NCBI GenBank assembly: GCA_010093705.1
Contig: MU006094.1
Location: 781,550 to 845,549, forward strand
DNA length: 64,000 nucleotides
Source: Patellaria atrata CBS 101060
Lineage: Eukaryota
Direction of reading: 5' to 3'
Each line of letters starts with the position of its first letter. The first letter of the stretch is position 1. The notes beneath the pieces are model-generated. The model had not been told where the DNA came from, did no database searches, and saw only the letters and a program-made list of their open reading frames with translations. This document shows, piece after piece, positions 38,291 to 52,100 of the stretch. A program made the translations under genes and the position numbers.

Positions 38291-40542
38291 ATGGTAGGCT
38301 TATTCAAATCCTACCTCTCTCAGAAAAATAATTCTTCAATGTAGGTGTTTCAGAATTAAAGCCGCATCTCACAAGTAACAGCTCACCATCTAGTTCGACA
38401 GATCCGCAAGCTCGCGAGCAAAGCGTCAGCATTACTATGTACCGTGGATGGCATCGCCCATGAAGGGTGCAAACCAGGAAGAGCTTGTATTCTCCCAAAG
38501 ACACGAAGCGAACACTTTGGAGTTATTCTTCGATCTTTTCTTCGTAGCAAATTTGGCTACTTTTACAACCGTAAGCCATTCAAACACACTCTGTCACACT
38601 TTTAGACGGTGGACCATAGGTGTTTGCGGAGATAGGTTGTATGTAATAGGAATATGAACGCTGATATGCAACCCACGGCGTAGTACCATGCAGTAATTGA
38701 TTCCTCCACACTACTAGCCTACGTTGGCTTCTTCGCGTTCTTATGGAGTACTTGGTTCCAGATCACGCTGTTCGACGTACGATTTGCCAGAGACTCAGTC
38801 TATGAGCGGGTGTATAAAACCATACAGTATGTTGTATTCGTGGGTTATGCTCTTGTTGGGTCGGCTTTTCAACCGGGGGGAAAAACTGCGAATAATACTG
38901 TGAGTCGGTTGCGGGCCCCGTTATTCTTTCTAGGTCTGATGGTTTTCTTAGAATTTCCGGATCCTGTGTGCAATACTCTTCATTAGTCGAACCCTACTCT
39001 TTATTCAGTACTCGGTGGTTTTCGTATTTGCGCTACTTCACCGATATAATAAATTATATATTCCTCTAATTGCAACGGCACTCCCATTCCTCGCCGCAGC
39101 GGTTACTTTCTTTGCCATGACTCCTTTATTCAAGGAGGGGGAAGAAAGTCATCATGGGATATATGCTATATGGTGGGTGGTCATGTTCCTCGAGGCTGTA
39201 TTCGTGATCGGGGTGTCTTGCTTTTGGAAAATCATTAGCTTCAAAAAGACACATCTGGTTGAACGAATGGGTCTGCTGACATTGATTGTGATTGGCGAAG
39301 GAGCAATTGGGGTCACTAAGACGATTAGCAAGATGATGGGTAAGTATGGTCTCGACGCCGAGGGATGCATACTGGTTCTATGCATTATAATTCTACTCGT
39401 AAGATTCTGCCCAAGTCGATGGAGGGTAATCACTAACTTGCAGTTTATAGACCTTCATCTGGATGCTTTATTTCGACAACCAGCCCCATGGGCACTACGG
39501 GACCTTACGACAGCAGTTCTGGTCGTGCATTCACTTTCCCCTCCACCTTTCTATCGTAGGCGTTGTCGAGGGTGCTCAGCAAATTGCTCTCGCTCGATAC
39601 GTTTTGAAGAATGTCATGAAGGTGGTGGAAGACGTGAAATATTATTGCTTGGAGGAAAATCTGGAAGGTGCAAATCTACAAAAGGCATTACTCAAAGTCA
39701 CCGACTATTTTCAACTTGATTATAACGCCGAGACCGCTCAGCAGTACGAGGTCATCCTCGAAGACATTTACCGGATAGGGAATACCACGGACGTCTGCTC
39801 GCCGGAAGCGCTCTCCAATGTCACATCGACGGGGTTCCCGGTGGACTTCCACTGGTTCGTTTACGATGTAAGCGGCGCTCTGTTCCAGGCCAACGGGGCC
39901 AAACTGCCCAAGGATGAGGATCCAGCACAGATAGCAGATCATACCTTCTTGACCGTGTATCGTTATTTCTGGGGATCTGTACTCATCCTTTTGGCATGCT
40001 TTATTATCTGCCTTGTCCTCGTACGTAAGCACCATAAATCCGATATATTCGATTGGACAGCAATCACTACCCGTATACTCGCTTTCGTTGTCGCCGCTGT
40101 GCTTCTCGCATTCAAGGCCGATATCGAAATGTTGGCGGCTTTCATATCGTCTCCTTGGGTTTTGCCCACGCTTCTCTTCCTCCTTTTAATCATATTGATA
40201 GCTGACCGAGTGAGTGCTATGGTCTGCAATTGGAACCTAAAACGAAAAGGACTGTACCGAAAAATTGACCTAGAAAAGAAGCACGACGAGAAAAACGAGG
40301 ACGGACGCGCCCACAACCATGACTCTGACCATGAGGATGATCACAGCACTAATAATTTATTTGAAGTGAGGGGACATGAGTACGCATCCTCACAACATAT
40401 GAGCGTAGACTACGCGTCCATACATAGTGGGTATGCATATCCCCTCGCTATAGGATCACCATCTTATGCTTCGGAAATGGATATACCACTCGTACCAGTA
40501 CCTAATTCTGGAGCAGCATATGACCCGCATAATGTGCATTAA
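38291..40542 (+). CDS. Low-temperature-requirement A (LtrA)-like multi-pass membrane protein
   Basis: Exons 38291-38340, 38402-38570, 38684-38899, 38952-39398 and 39451-40542. Motifs LELFFDLFFVA, HLVERMGLLTLIVIGE and IWMLYFD..HFPLH. Confidence 0.88.
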
Positions 40543-42980
40543 AGATAGATTGAAGGTTTATAATAGATGACGCTTTTCCTTTAATAGACTCGTTTTTGGA
40601 CATATAAACATAGCGATTGGCGTTGGTAGGATAATCGAACAAAATTAGAGCGTTCAGTATAATGATGGGAGGTTGGGTAGAGAGACTTAAAATGCATAAT
40701 ATCTGTACAGGTCGTGTGTCTTTCGCCACATTGTTCTTCCTTGGCTAAAAGAAGTGACTTGGAGTGTCAATAGCACCGTCCGTTTGAAATGATACTCGGC
40801 ATTCTTTTTATATAAGAAATTCTTGCAGAATAGCAATAGTGTAAAACGTTCTATGGACTAGAGTCAATCAGGGTCTAGTGCGCCTGATTAGGAAAGGTAT
40901 CGAAGTTTGGGAAAGACCTAATTTTCGAACCTTATATTCTTCGACATCATTACAATTCTACGATCGGAAATGTCTTGATTCATGACATTATGTTTCAGCT
41001 CTTAATGATTAGAGGAGGGGAATATCACGCCGACTGGGTTCTCCACCGCGGTTCCTCCACTGACGAGAGTGGTAGTGCTGCTGGTTTTTACTCCTGGGGC
41101 GAGATACTGAGACTCTGTACTGCTGGCTTAGTAGTACAATATTGACATTATTTCTCGAGCTATCTAAAGATGAGGTCTCAGATGAGCTCGGAGCTCTGTA
41201 TCCAGACTGGTCATTGTGCAGCTCTGACCAGCCATCGACATGCTTAAGCAACAGAGTGGTCCTAAACTATCGTCCTTGAGTGGTACAAACCCAGCCTACT
41301 TTGCTATAACTTTGACTCTGACCTAGAGTTTTCTGATCTAAACCCACCGATACTGGAAACAAGAGAACTCTGGCGATCCATACTTCCACTTGCACGATTG
41401 AAGTCGGTACCATGCATAAAGAGTGGGTTCCTCAATCGATCTACGATGTCAAAATCACTTACGGTCAGTAACACTCTCATATCCTTCCTATCGTACTACC
41501 CCTAAACATGAAGGAAGCTTAAGAACACGCAATATATGTCATTAGTTGTGCGGACTTACACAAAGGATTACCGTTTCGCAAGTTAAACATCCTGCTAGGT
41601 GCTCAAACTCATCAGATTCCCGTTCCTAGCTTGGATCCAGTGTTCACTGCCACACTCGCCGCTACCATGACTAATAGAGCTATGTACCTGTTGTACTGGA
41701 AGTTTTGGTATCCGTTTGCGGCTTGAATAGCACTATTCGCGATTCTCCATACAAGATCGAGCGATTGATGGGAAGGATAAAGATCGTCCGACAATCTCAC
41801 GTGTGATGGTTACGTCTAACAGGTAACACCAACAAGGACATATCTCAGACCGGACAACAGTGCCAATGTCTGAACATCCATTAGTTCACCGGAGAGTCTA
41901 GCCACTTGAGAGTGTCTGCAAAAATTCTATTCCCCCGTCATTGACTAGTGCATAAACACCCTCGACGAGGTCCCGCGATCTGCCACAGCATTCCCCAGTC
42001 CAATAGAGACATCTGCTTTATTCGGACATATCTGACGAGGGTACAAAGGGGTGTCGAGGTCAAAGATCTTTTAGAATTTCTGAATCCGATGTTCGATCTA
42101 CGGATCAACAAAGGTAACACTCGTAATTCGGTCACCAGTAAAAGATTTAACGGGGAGCGAAGTGTTTCATTCGGTAAACGTCCGACAAACCCCCTCTTCT
42201 TATTATTCCTCCCGTCGTGTCCAGAATCCTGCGGGCTGAAGCGAGCAGTTTCAAACCCACCAATCTCTTGAACTAGTGAGACACCATTGGCAATAACTTC
42301 AAGGGTCTGACGGCAAGCATTTGGGTCTGGAAACGTCGCGACTGATTTAAGTTATTGGGGCCCCAGTCCTCAGTATCTTGAGTCCTTCCTTTTCTGGCGT
42401 AATTCCAGTCGTTTTTCAACGTCATTTTCACTTCCGTTTCTTGCTCCTGTCGTTCCGCCTTCATGCACTGTCACAGTCCAGTTCTAAACGAAACCCAAGA
42501 ATGCATAACCCCGCATGTCCTCCCCGTCTCGCGTTTGGCAATATATTCATAACAGCCTATAGGTCTAAACTATGGGGCTTCTTTCTTGTATTCAACGTTT
42601 TGATCTCGACGTAGTGTATCTATCCACTGCGATTGGATGCCAAAACTTTACTTGCTGCATATTCAACCTAACCATCATTATGATGGATATAAAACACAGC
42701 TGCAATGAGAAGCTGCAGGCTGACATCCGCCACTTTTAACTTTTACACGCCGGTTGGGGGTTTATGTTTGCCCTATTCTAATTTTTAAAGTGTTTCCCAG
42801 AACGTGATTGTGTCTGCACATGTCATTCTTTCTTTGCCCTTAGACATCTGACCTATCTCCCACGAAAGTCTCCAGTCTCCGGGAGTCTCTCTTTTCTTCT
42901 AAGTCAAATCTTAAACATCAACAACGTGAGGAAAGGTCGTTGCGAGTTTGTTCATACTCGTACTCATAACGACCTGAGCA

Positions 42981-43619
42981 ATGACCACAACCGCTCCGCC
43001 TGTCACTAATGATGGTCCTCCGAGTGGATTTCCTGGTGGGTATCCAGGAGGATATCCCGGTTGGCCTTCCTGTACGACATGGACCGATTCAATTCGAAAT
43101 GAAGTCTCCTCAAGCTGCACTGCAGTGCGTGGGCCACCACCCTTTGTCTCGGACATATTAGCAAGTCTAGCAAGAACTCAAACAGTTACTGTGGGTATCT
43201 CATCTACTACTCTCGACACATCAACAACTACAGGCCCTCCTACCCCCTCAAATACCGCTACAGCAGCACCAGCACAGGTACCACCATCTAGTTCGAGCGA
43301 CGGTCCTGCGCTGTCGGGCGGCACTATTGCAGGTATCGTTATCGGGGTCGTGGCCATAATACTTATAGTAATCTTGGGCTATTTCGTTTTAAGGCAGAGA
43401 AGGAACAAAGGTCCGGTCGCCACACAAGAACTAGAGGCACAGAAGCGGGAGGGTCCTCCAGTAGAGATGCAGGGAGAACTGGGGCTTGGACCGCAAGAGA
43501 TGGATGTCAAGGATAAGGGGGTGTTGAATCCGCCGCCGCTGGTATTTCACGAGCTTCATGGCGATTCAACCCCTACGGAGTTGGACGCAGAGAAGAGGAA
43601 ATCAACGCATTATAAATGA
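42981..43619 (+). CDS. Single-pass membrane protein with a Ser/Thr/Pro-rich ectodomain (Mid2/SKG6-like architecture)
   Basis: 212-aa ORF. LSGGTIAGIVIGVVAIILIVILGYFVL is followed by RQRR, and the tail carries repeated ExD/ELxG motifs. Confidence 0.8.
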   Translation: MTTTAPPVTNDGPPSGFPGGYPGGYPGWPSCTTWTDSIRNEVSSSCTAVRGPPPFVSDILASLARTQTVTVGISSTTLDTSTTTGPPTPSNTATAAPAQVPPSSSSDGPALSGGTIAGIVIGVVAIILIVILGYFVLRQRRNKGPVATQELEAQKREGPPVEMQGELGLGPQEMDVKDKGVLNPPPLVFHELHGDSTPTELDAEKRKSTHYK

Positions 43620-44660
43620 AGGGAGTGGAAAAAAGCAAACTGTCACGATAGAGACGAATATTACGACCACGAATTGTCGACTCGAAGTTCGAGAAGTCTG
43701 TCCTAGTTGAAGAGGGATACTGTCACGGCGGCGTTGACTCACCATTGAGTCACTCAAGAGCATTGTTAGGGGAGAAGTGATCCCTACAAGCAAATTGTTC
43801 GAAGACCGTCTTCATCTTGTCGGATTTCATGACGAAATGGAGCCATAAGAAATATTTACCTGAAGGGAACAACACCAAAGGAAACTTCGGCGTTACACAA
43901 GTGTAGCCATTTCATATGACTATTGACCGTTCTTGGTCATAATTCAAAAGCATCACTCGAAAGCGCTGGGGATTATCAGGCCTTTAGGCCATTCCAGATC
44001 ACCACCGATGAAACCAGCATAAGCGCAACCATTTTTCTAAACCTTCTACTGAGTCGCCGACTAGTGAGCAATATTAATCTTGGTGCGAATGTATCTTCTG
44101 TATATAAACGATAGTGGTACATATAAAACGCGGAGATCTCGCGTGTTCTATTTTCTCTCTCAGATCACGATTCACCTTCACGATTACTACAGTTTACTAT
44201 GTGAATGACAACAACTGGAAGAATACCCTTGATGATTGCATTTTATAACCTAGCGATATCGCTATCAGAAAGGCTACCAAGTCTGTCAACTGAATTACTG
44301 ATATGGTAATTCTTACGTCGTCTTCTACTGTCTGTTTCGCGTAACTAGGGAACGAGCACGAGATCTGTAAAGGAGACATTTTACCCTCAGAATAAAGATA
44401 ATGTACATACTCCAAATCAAGATATTATCATGACTGATATTTAAGAGGTTCAAGAATATCCATTAAACAAGCTTTCACATGCTCAGAACTTCACTGGCCG
44501 GTTTCTGCGAGAGATGTTCGATACCTATCAAACATCTCCACTACCAAAATCCCAACCTCAATCGCCGCCGGAACAAACAGGACAACCACTAAATATCAGA
44601 TATGACCTCTCCCACTACCAAAAAGCCCAAACCCCCATAGGCCCCCCAAGCCAAATATCC

Positions 44661-45365
44661 CTAGACATCACGAACACTCGATCCAAAACTATCATTCGGC
44701 CCCTCCCCATAAGCCATCCCATCACTCTCCGTCGACTCGCTCCAAGACCCACTAGAACCACTCGAGGTATACGAATCAGTAGGGCTCTCCTCCCTCACAG
44801 CTGCTTGCTCGCCCTTCCCCTTCTCCGACCCCATCAACCCATCCAACCGACCTTTCCTCACCCGCACATCCTCGCTATCCGGCGACGGCGTCAAGAACCT
44901 AGCTGTCGCTTTCTTCAAGATGCTCTTCAGCGGCTTGAGGATCAGCTTCGGTTTCTCTGGGTCTGTTTTCGCTTGAACTGGGCCCACCGCACTACCCACG
45001 CTCTCCTCTTGCGAGTTTTCTGCTCCCGGTTCACTGCCACCCTTTTCCTCTTTCTTGTCACTAGGTCCGCTAGACAGCCCCCTCCAGGCCTTAACGACAC
45101 CCCATCTGAGTCCCTTCCCCCACTCGATCATCACCAGCTTCCCATCCACCACTCCTACGCCGGCCTTCTCCATGGCGCCCCGGCAGCCGGCGCAGAACGT
45201 GGTCTCCCGCACACAGCGGATATTTCTGGGGTCCCGCGGCGGATTGCGGGGTGTGAGTTTGTCGAGAAGAGTGGGATGCGTGCTGAGGAGACAGAGATTG
45301 GCGCAGGGGAAGGTGAGGGTTGTTGTGCAGGGGCAGGCATGGGGATCGTGGGAGGTGGTGCACAT
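44661..45365 (-). CDS. Hypothetical protein with an N-terminal Cys/His cluster
   Basis: ATG 45365 in CACA-ATG context. MCxxxHxxHxCxC...C...C...CxxxxxxCxxC followed by a charged low-complexity tail; GC-rich relative to the flanks. Confidence 0.65.
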   Translation of the reverse strand: MCTTSHDPHACPCTTTLTFPCANLCLLSTHPTLLDKLTPRNPPRDPRNIRCVRETTFCAGCRGAMEKAGVGVVDGKLVMIEWGKGLRWGVVKAWRGLSSGPSDKKEEKGGSEPGAENSQEESVGSAVGPVQAKTDPEKPKLILKPLKSILKKATARFLTPSPDSEDVRVRKGRLDGLMGSEKGKGEQAAVREESPTDSYTSSGSSGSWSESTESDGMAYGEGPNDSFGSSVRDV

Positions 45366-45878
45366 TGTGCTTATATCTGGGGGAGGAGAGAAGGAGAAAT
45401 AATGCAAAGATTCTTTGAATTCTTAAAAGAATACTAAAGCTGCGTGGGATGGTCCGACTATGTATCCCCGGAGATCTTCCTTCAGAAAGAGTCTGGGTTG
45501 TCGGGAAAAGCTCTGAAGTCTTCGTGGATTCAGGGTTGTGATCGTCCCTGGTTCCTGGAAAGCGTTGCTGAAGATTTGATGTGGTGATCCGAGTATCGGA
45601 TTCTGATGACAACACCTTAAGAATAAGCGTGATGTACTACGTACAGGAGCATTGGACAGCTAGCATGATGACCAATGAGTGAGCTGTTATATGCTTTTGT
45701 CCGGCATCGAGGTATTAGGATGTACGCTCATGAGCGAAGAGAACCTTACGTGTCCTGAAGTCTGTGGTCGATTGGTCTACCAATCTATCGGTTTCCAATT
45801 TAGCTCACGCTCACAACCCTTCATATGGAAGCAGAGATCGTAAGGAATGTGCTTGAGACTCCCGTCTTTTCGTTCCTC

Positions 45879-47057
45879 TTATTCATTCTGGTGCATGTTT
45901 CTAGAATATGTTAACTGAGTGTATTCGTCGACTACTTCCAAGATCCAAGGGGGCATGACAAAGCTCTTTGTTATACCGTCGACCACTGTCCTTGCAGCTT
46001 CAACAACGATAAATGGCTGAGGATAACTTCCTGAAAAAACTTGGCTTCCCATATGTCCATGAGATAGTTCCCCAAGGTGTTGTGCTTCCGGTCTTTCCAC
46101 CGTTGCAACCATAAAACCGATAGGCCTTCTAATAACAAGGCCCCACCAGGCCTGGTTATAGATTCTAGGGAAATCACTTCCCTCTTCATCTACTCCGAGA
46201 TAGCTATAAGACCATTTACCGGATACGCAACTGAAATCGTGGCTTGAAAGATGTGCGGACCAATCATCACTCATACCGTCCGAGATATCTGAATCCATGT
46301 CCGACAAATCATTGCAGTGGTGAATTGCTATTGCGTTTTCTAAGAAACCGTACAGGATACGGCAGCTCACTCTCTGTTCCTCTGTAAGGCCCTTTAGCAG
46401 TTCCATTCTCTTCTGGAAAGGAAAGCCGAGCGTCGTGTTTCGATAGATTTTGACCGCAAGTTCACAGCTACTATATCATCAAGGTCAATTAGAACCAGGT
46501 CGAGCGATGTCCATTCTCAGGATATATCGCATGCTTCGCGACGACTACCATGAATCGGGCAACCCATCTTTCTTAGGTGATACTTCAGCTTCGAATTTGA
46601 AGACCTGGGTGCGGGAGGGATTTTATGGTTAGGGAGTCTCTCAACCTCCTTGCTAAGATTCGAAAAGCGATTCCATATCCTGAGACCTTCTTCAACATCA
46701 CACCTGTGCTCATCACCCAAAGGGTGTTCTGCAGGAACTCTAAACCGGTCGACCGTCCAATCAAGACAGTCGGTGGCAGTATGCTTCTCCACGATAACTG
46801 CTGCGAGATATTTCGGGAGGGGTTTTTTTTAGCCAGAAGAAACCATAGTTTCCGTCTTTCGGCGGAAGTGGTATACGTTTCATGGTAGGAAAGGTATTCC
46901 GAGCAACCGATAAACATATTGACGTTTCATATTGAAGGACAGTATAGGCGAGAGGACGTGAAGATTCACGAATAGATATGATATCCGGAATGGTTGGTAA
47001 ACTGAACATTAGGATGAGAATATCATCCGGCTGTAGGGTAGGGAGTGTAGCGACCAT
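45879..47057 (-). pseudogene. F-box-like protein pseudogene, copy A
   Basis: N-terminal LPTLQPDDILILMFSLPTIPDIISIRESS. Homology to copy B continues across frameshifts near 46825, 46415 and 46142 and a TGA at 46519-46517. Confidence 0.75.
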
Positions 47058-47432
47058 GTGACATGAGTAGGCTGGAGAACTGTATATATAAGATTCGTAG
47101 TTTTTCCGAAGATGGTGGTTAGAATATTTCAGGAATAGAAGTTCAAGGGGTTCGTGAGTTCTTCAATCACGTATGCACAGACACAGAGCTAAAGTCGGCG
47201 TAGGGCTCTGCACTAAGTAAATGGGGGTAATACAAAGTACTTAGCATCAGTTTGCCACTACGAATGCTCTGAACTTTGTATACCCTACTGTCAGAAAGGA
47301 GTAGATCGACCATGGATTCGGACGGAAGTTATTGCGTGCGTGTTCGAGAAAACCAATTTGTAAGCTCAAAAGAGCCAAGGTCTACTTAATCGAACCACAT
47401 CTGATCCACAATCCCTAGGAGCAGAACTTGAA

Positions 47433-48587
47433 TTAGAAAAAGACTCCGTAAAAAACGTTATGGGGAATTAAAAGAGAGCTATAATTTTCATCAAACCAGC
47501 TGGAGTACTGTTTGAATTCAAGTCCTTGTTTTGATACCATTTCCTCGTACGGTCTCCTACGGAGTAGCTCTCTTACGGATTTCAGGAAGAAGAGATGTTC
47601 GCACATAATTTGTCTATCCGATTTGGAGTCCCAGATGTTCATCATATGACTCCCTGCCACGAAGGATCCCCGAGGTGTATGCCATTGTAACCACAACAAG
47701 ACTGGGCCTGCTGTTAAGAAAACCCAAAAGGCTCGGTCGGACGCGTTGGGGAACCACCAATTGCCGAGTTCTGTTATCCTACCGTGTATATAAGATCTTT
47801 TATCGATCAGAGTTCTGCAATTACAGGCTTTCTCGGAGCTAAACCAGACGGTGGCTCGCAGTTGTCCACAGCCCTCAGTATGTGGTTCTATCACTCCCCA
47901 TAGGCAGGGTATACTCGACGATAGGAATGTATCTGTCTTCTATTCAGGCTCTTAAAAAGAGTCATTCTCCTTTGAAAGATAAGAGCTTTGCGTCGAGCTT
48001 CGATAGAGTTAAGATCTAGCCTTTCAACAATCTATTCAATATACCATAACGATTGTGCTCTGATTGCAGTTCTTACAGGGACACTCTCCTCTCGAAATCA
48101 GGGTATGAATGAGTGTTTGATCCTTCTAACATAGCGCCCCAACCTTTGTCTAACCCACCCAGGGCCTGGAGGAATCTGGTCGTCAGGAAGCCTATCGACT
48201 TCCTTTGCAATATCCGAAAAGCGCTTCTCCATACCTGAAGAGTGGTCTCGATATCAGTTCTGGACTTCTCGTCTTTGAAGTTCACTCGGAATAACACAAG
48301 AGCGACAAATTTCGGAACCAGATTTTTAAGCCTCTGAAAATCGTACTGTCTGTTCTGTGGATCTTTTATCCCAGGGAAAGTGTTTATAGCAACCGCTTTA
48401 CAGATCGCGTGCTTATTTGTATGACCGTAGACGCAAAACGGTACGATGTTTTACGCAGGGCAAAGATATCCGGGAGTGTCAGTAGTTTAAGTATCAAATA
48501 TGAGGATATCATCCGATAGCGTAGATAGTGCAATCTTGAAAAACTTGCCACCAGCAAGGCACCCAGATGAGCGAACTCCGCCAGCAT
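47433..48587 (-). pseudogene. F-box-like protein pseudogene, copy B (tandem paralog of copy A)
   Basis: LSTLSDDILI/ILKLLTLPDIFALRKTS.., ICKAVAINTFP, RFSDIAKEVDRLP and SIEARRKALIFQRRM align with copy A; at least four frameshifts. Confidence 0.75.
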
Positions 48588-49123
48588 GATTTCTAAAATA
48601 ATCCGTCCCTTTTGTCGTGGGTGAATCCATTACTGATATATCGATTTTGACACTTTTCTAACTTTCTATAACCCGCTATGGAGCCTTTCGCCCTTATAGG
48701 CGTACGGAACTCACGAATATCCTAAACAAGGTGATTACTGCACAACTGAAGCGTGTATAGACTAGAAGCAAAGATCATATGTAACAGGAAACGCTATTCG
48801 GGTCGTTAGTATTGTAGACGAAGGGTAGATGTTACCTCAACTGCGTGGCAGGGCAGACCATGAGAGGGCTGAGTCCGTGAGAAAGTTCGCTCCAGTAGAA
48901 GATGTTGACTATCACCATTGCGTTTCAGTCGCCAAGTGAACAATATCAGATTACGATATCTTTCTGCTAAAGAAATACTCAGAATCTCGAGTTTCCAACA
49001 TTAATAAGTCTATCAATCCTATCCGTTGTTTTATCATGCCATGCAAACACCCATTAAGCCTCCTCTATGAACATGCCATATCTCATAACGCAAAGTATTA
49101 GGAAATACGCACAATACCGCTCG

Positions 49124-52100
49124 CTACGCCTCATCGTCGGTATCTGGAGGATGCGGTGTCCCCTTCGGCCTATTATCAAATATCAGTCAAATGGTCCATA
49201 TTCAGGGGGAAAGATAGATAACCTACGAATTCAACCACTCGATATGCCTCAGTCTCCTCCTGACCTCCCTCTCCTTAATCTGCGCCCTCGTCAACTTTTT
49301 CTTTTTCTTCGCCTTGAACTTCATATCGCCGCCCTCGGCTTCGGAGTTTGCGGCACTAGCCGCAGCACTGCTAACGTTCGAGCTAGCAATCGGAGTTGCA
49401 CCCTTCAAGGGGCTATTGCCCGGGAAAGGCGAGGGGGATCCAGGCCGAGAGTCCTCAAAGCGATCAAGTGAGACTGCAAGATGACCTTTCTGGGTGAGGC
49501 GACCGTCATTGACATGCCATTGCTCGGGACAGAGAGCGCCAACAAACTCTTCGTTGTGAGAAATCATAACGACACCGCCGCGGTAATCCCTAATTGCTAC
49601 CGCTAAGCCACCCAAGGAATCACGGTCGAGGAAATTGGTCGGTTCGTCGAGGACGAGTAGATGTGGGTTATTCCACATGGCACCAGCAAGGACTACCTTT
49701 ACTTTCTGTCCACCGGAAAGACCTGAAATTTCGTTATGGTTCGCGATTTCGGGATCAAGGCCGACATCTTCGAAATGCTTTGATATAACCTTTGGCTCTA
49801 GGAGGCGGTATCCGAGGCCTTCTCGCGAAGCTTCGTGATCATCGAATTCCTGGACAAGTTTCTGGAAACCAAGGTCCAAAAGTGTCTCGCGGGAGACCTG
49901 GGAGTTGTGTTTCGGAAGCATATTGAGCCATTTTCTTGAAAAAACAATCAGTAAAATTCAACCTCAAGTTTTAGAGACGTGGGATAACTTACACCTCATA
50001 TTGAAAGCTCTTCTTGTACTTCTGTCTACCAATAAGGGCTTCGATTTTCCTACCTCCCTTACCGTCACCTAGATCGACCAACTTCTCCATCTGCGCCTTA
50101 TCCTCGTCTGTGAGGACACGTGTTTGCTTCATCAAGACCTCGCGGTCATCACCATTGGCATAACGCCATTGGAGATATTGGTTGGGCGTCTTCTCCATAT
50201 GCATCTCAACGTGTTCTAACGCATGCTGTTTGATATAACCAATACGAAGATTTGGATGCTTCTCGACCAATCCAGTTTGTGGTATGACTTCGCCAGTCAA
50301 GACTTTGATAAGAGTTGATTTTCCCGCACCGTTGGGTCCAATGATGGCTACACGGGATGAAAGCGTGAGTGAACAGCTTACATCTTGCAACGAAGGTTTA
50401 GGTGCATTCGGATAAGTGTATGAGCAAGTTGTCATTCTTAGAATTGCTCTCGTCATTGACTTTACACCGGTGAGGATTCCAGGCGGGGGAAATTTGAATT
50501 GAATCTGGGAAGCTGAAAGAGTATAGTAGCTCTTTGCCTCTGGTTTGACTTTAACGAAATCGGCCAAGTTGCCCTTATAGCAGACCAGCTTCTTGCTCTC
50601 GTAATGATAGATGTCTGTGCACACTTCATCCAAGAAGCCTGAGTCGTGACTCACGATTAGACTGGTAATTTCGGTGTGGCTCTTGAGATAGTCCTGCAGC
50701 CATTTCACATTGGCGACGTCCAAGTGATTTGTAGGTTCATCCAAGAGGAAGACATCCGCACGCATCAACATAGCCCTGGCCAGAGCAAGCTTCATTTTCC
50801 AACCTCCAGACAAGGAGCCGACTTTCTGTGATTGGCGACCTTCCGGCCCAGATGTGAAGCCAACCTCTTCAAGAACGGCCGAAATTCTCTCCAGACCTTC
50901 AGAAGCAATCTTCGGATCTTTGGATGTATATTCTAAAATACTCAAATCCGCATCCTCGCCTTGGTTGTGTTCGACAAAGCATGTCCTGACTTGATCTTGA
51001 GGTGGGAAACCTTCCAATTTCCCTTCTGCAATACTTCTCATAAGGGTAGACTTTCCAGCACCGTTTCTCCCGCAGAGACCGTACCGGTGACCCTTCAGGA
51101 GTCTCAGGTTCGTATGAGAGAGCAGAAGCATACCACCATATCCCAGAGAAAAATTTGCGTTGACGATCTCGACTTCACCATCATCCTCTTTGATAGGAGC
51201 GCCAAATTTGCGATGATCTTCCTCGATGAAGTGCTTGTGGACGATGTCCGCAACGGCGGAAGCTTTACAATCATTCATCAAGGGTTGTACGTATGGGTTG
51301 ATGCATGCAGAAATACGGTCGAATTCGCGCTGATTGACATCCTCAGCCACCATTCCAGACGTGTAATTCCTTGCGAAAGTCCAGACTTCGGAGTCTCCTG
51401 GGAAATTGACAAGGCCACCATTTCCGTGGACTGCTCTCTCCATGATCGCGAGGACATCGGCGGGATTCGTTTTAGTGATGACACCATTGGCGATGTTACC
51501 ATCCTTATCGTCACCCATAGCCTTATTAATGACGTCGAGAGCTCTAGTTGCAATCTCACGAACTTCTGGTAAAGAAGCACGATCCTTGACAGCCTTGATA
51601 CCAGGTTTAAGCTTTGGTAAGAACGTCCTCGCTTCGATGGGATCATGGACCAGCTTTGTCAAATTCTCGACAACGACAACTGTCTGTCGAAGCACTTCCT
51701 GGGAGGTTGTGGGAGTATTGAGAGAGCGCTCAAGGAGAGGCGTTAAGAGAGCTAGTACAGGCGAAGTGACAATTGCGACGAACGTGGTCTGTGATAAAGC
51801 ATGGATTGCCTTTTGTAAACTTTCAGTGGACGGGTTTTCCATTGACTTGATGAGTAGTGGTATGCGAGGTGCGACATCATCGTTTTGGAGGAGTGTGGTC
51901 AGGGAATTCATGGTCTTAATGGCTTGTTTCGAGACCTCTGACTTGAGGTCGTGCATACCAGCCTCTACCACTGGAATCAGTCCTTCAAGTCTCTTGCCCA
52001 TAGCTTCTCTCAAAATGTCTTTATTCTTCTCTTCTTCTCTGCTCCCCATGCCAATCTTGGCCTTATCCGCCATACGTCCCATCAGCTCATATGCGCCAAC

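Noticed and set aside
18574..40542. Secondary-metabolite cluster (Zn2Cys6 factor, decarboxylase, MFS transporter)
   Set aside because: No backbone or tailoring enzymes; the genes belong to widely conserved non-cluster families and GAD is dead.
45665..45758. Box C/D snoRNA (ATGATGA..CTGA)
   Set aside because: No clean terminal stem and no rRNA-complementary guide that I can recognise.
46823..46830. Programmed -1 frameshift at A-AAA-AAA in F-box copy A
   Set aside because: Homology to copy B continues in the +1 frame, not the -1 frame, and further lesions follow.
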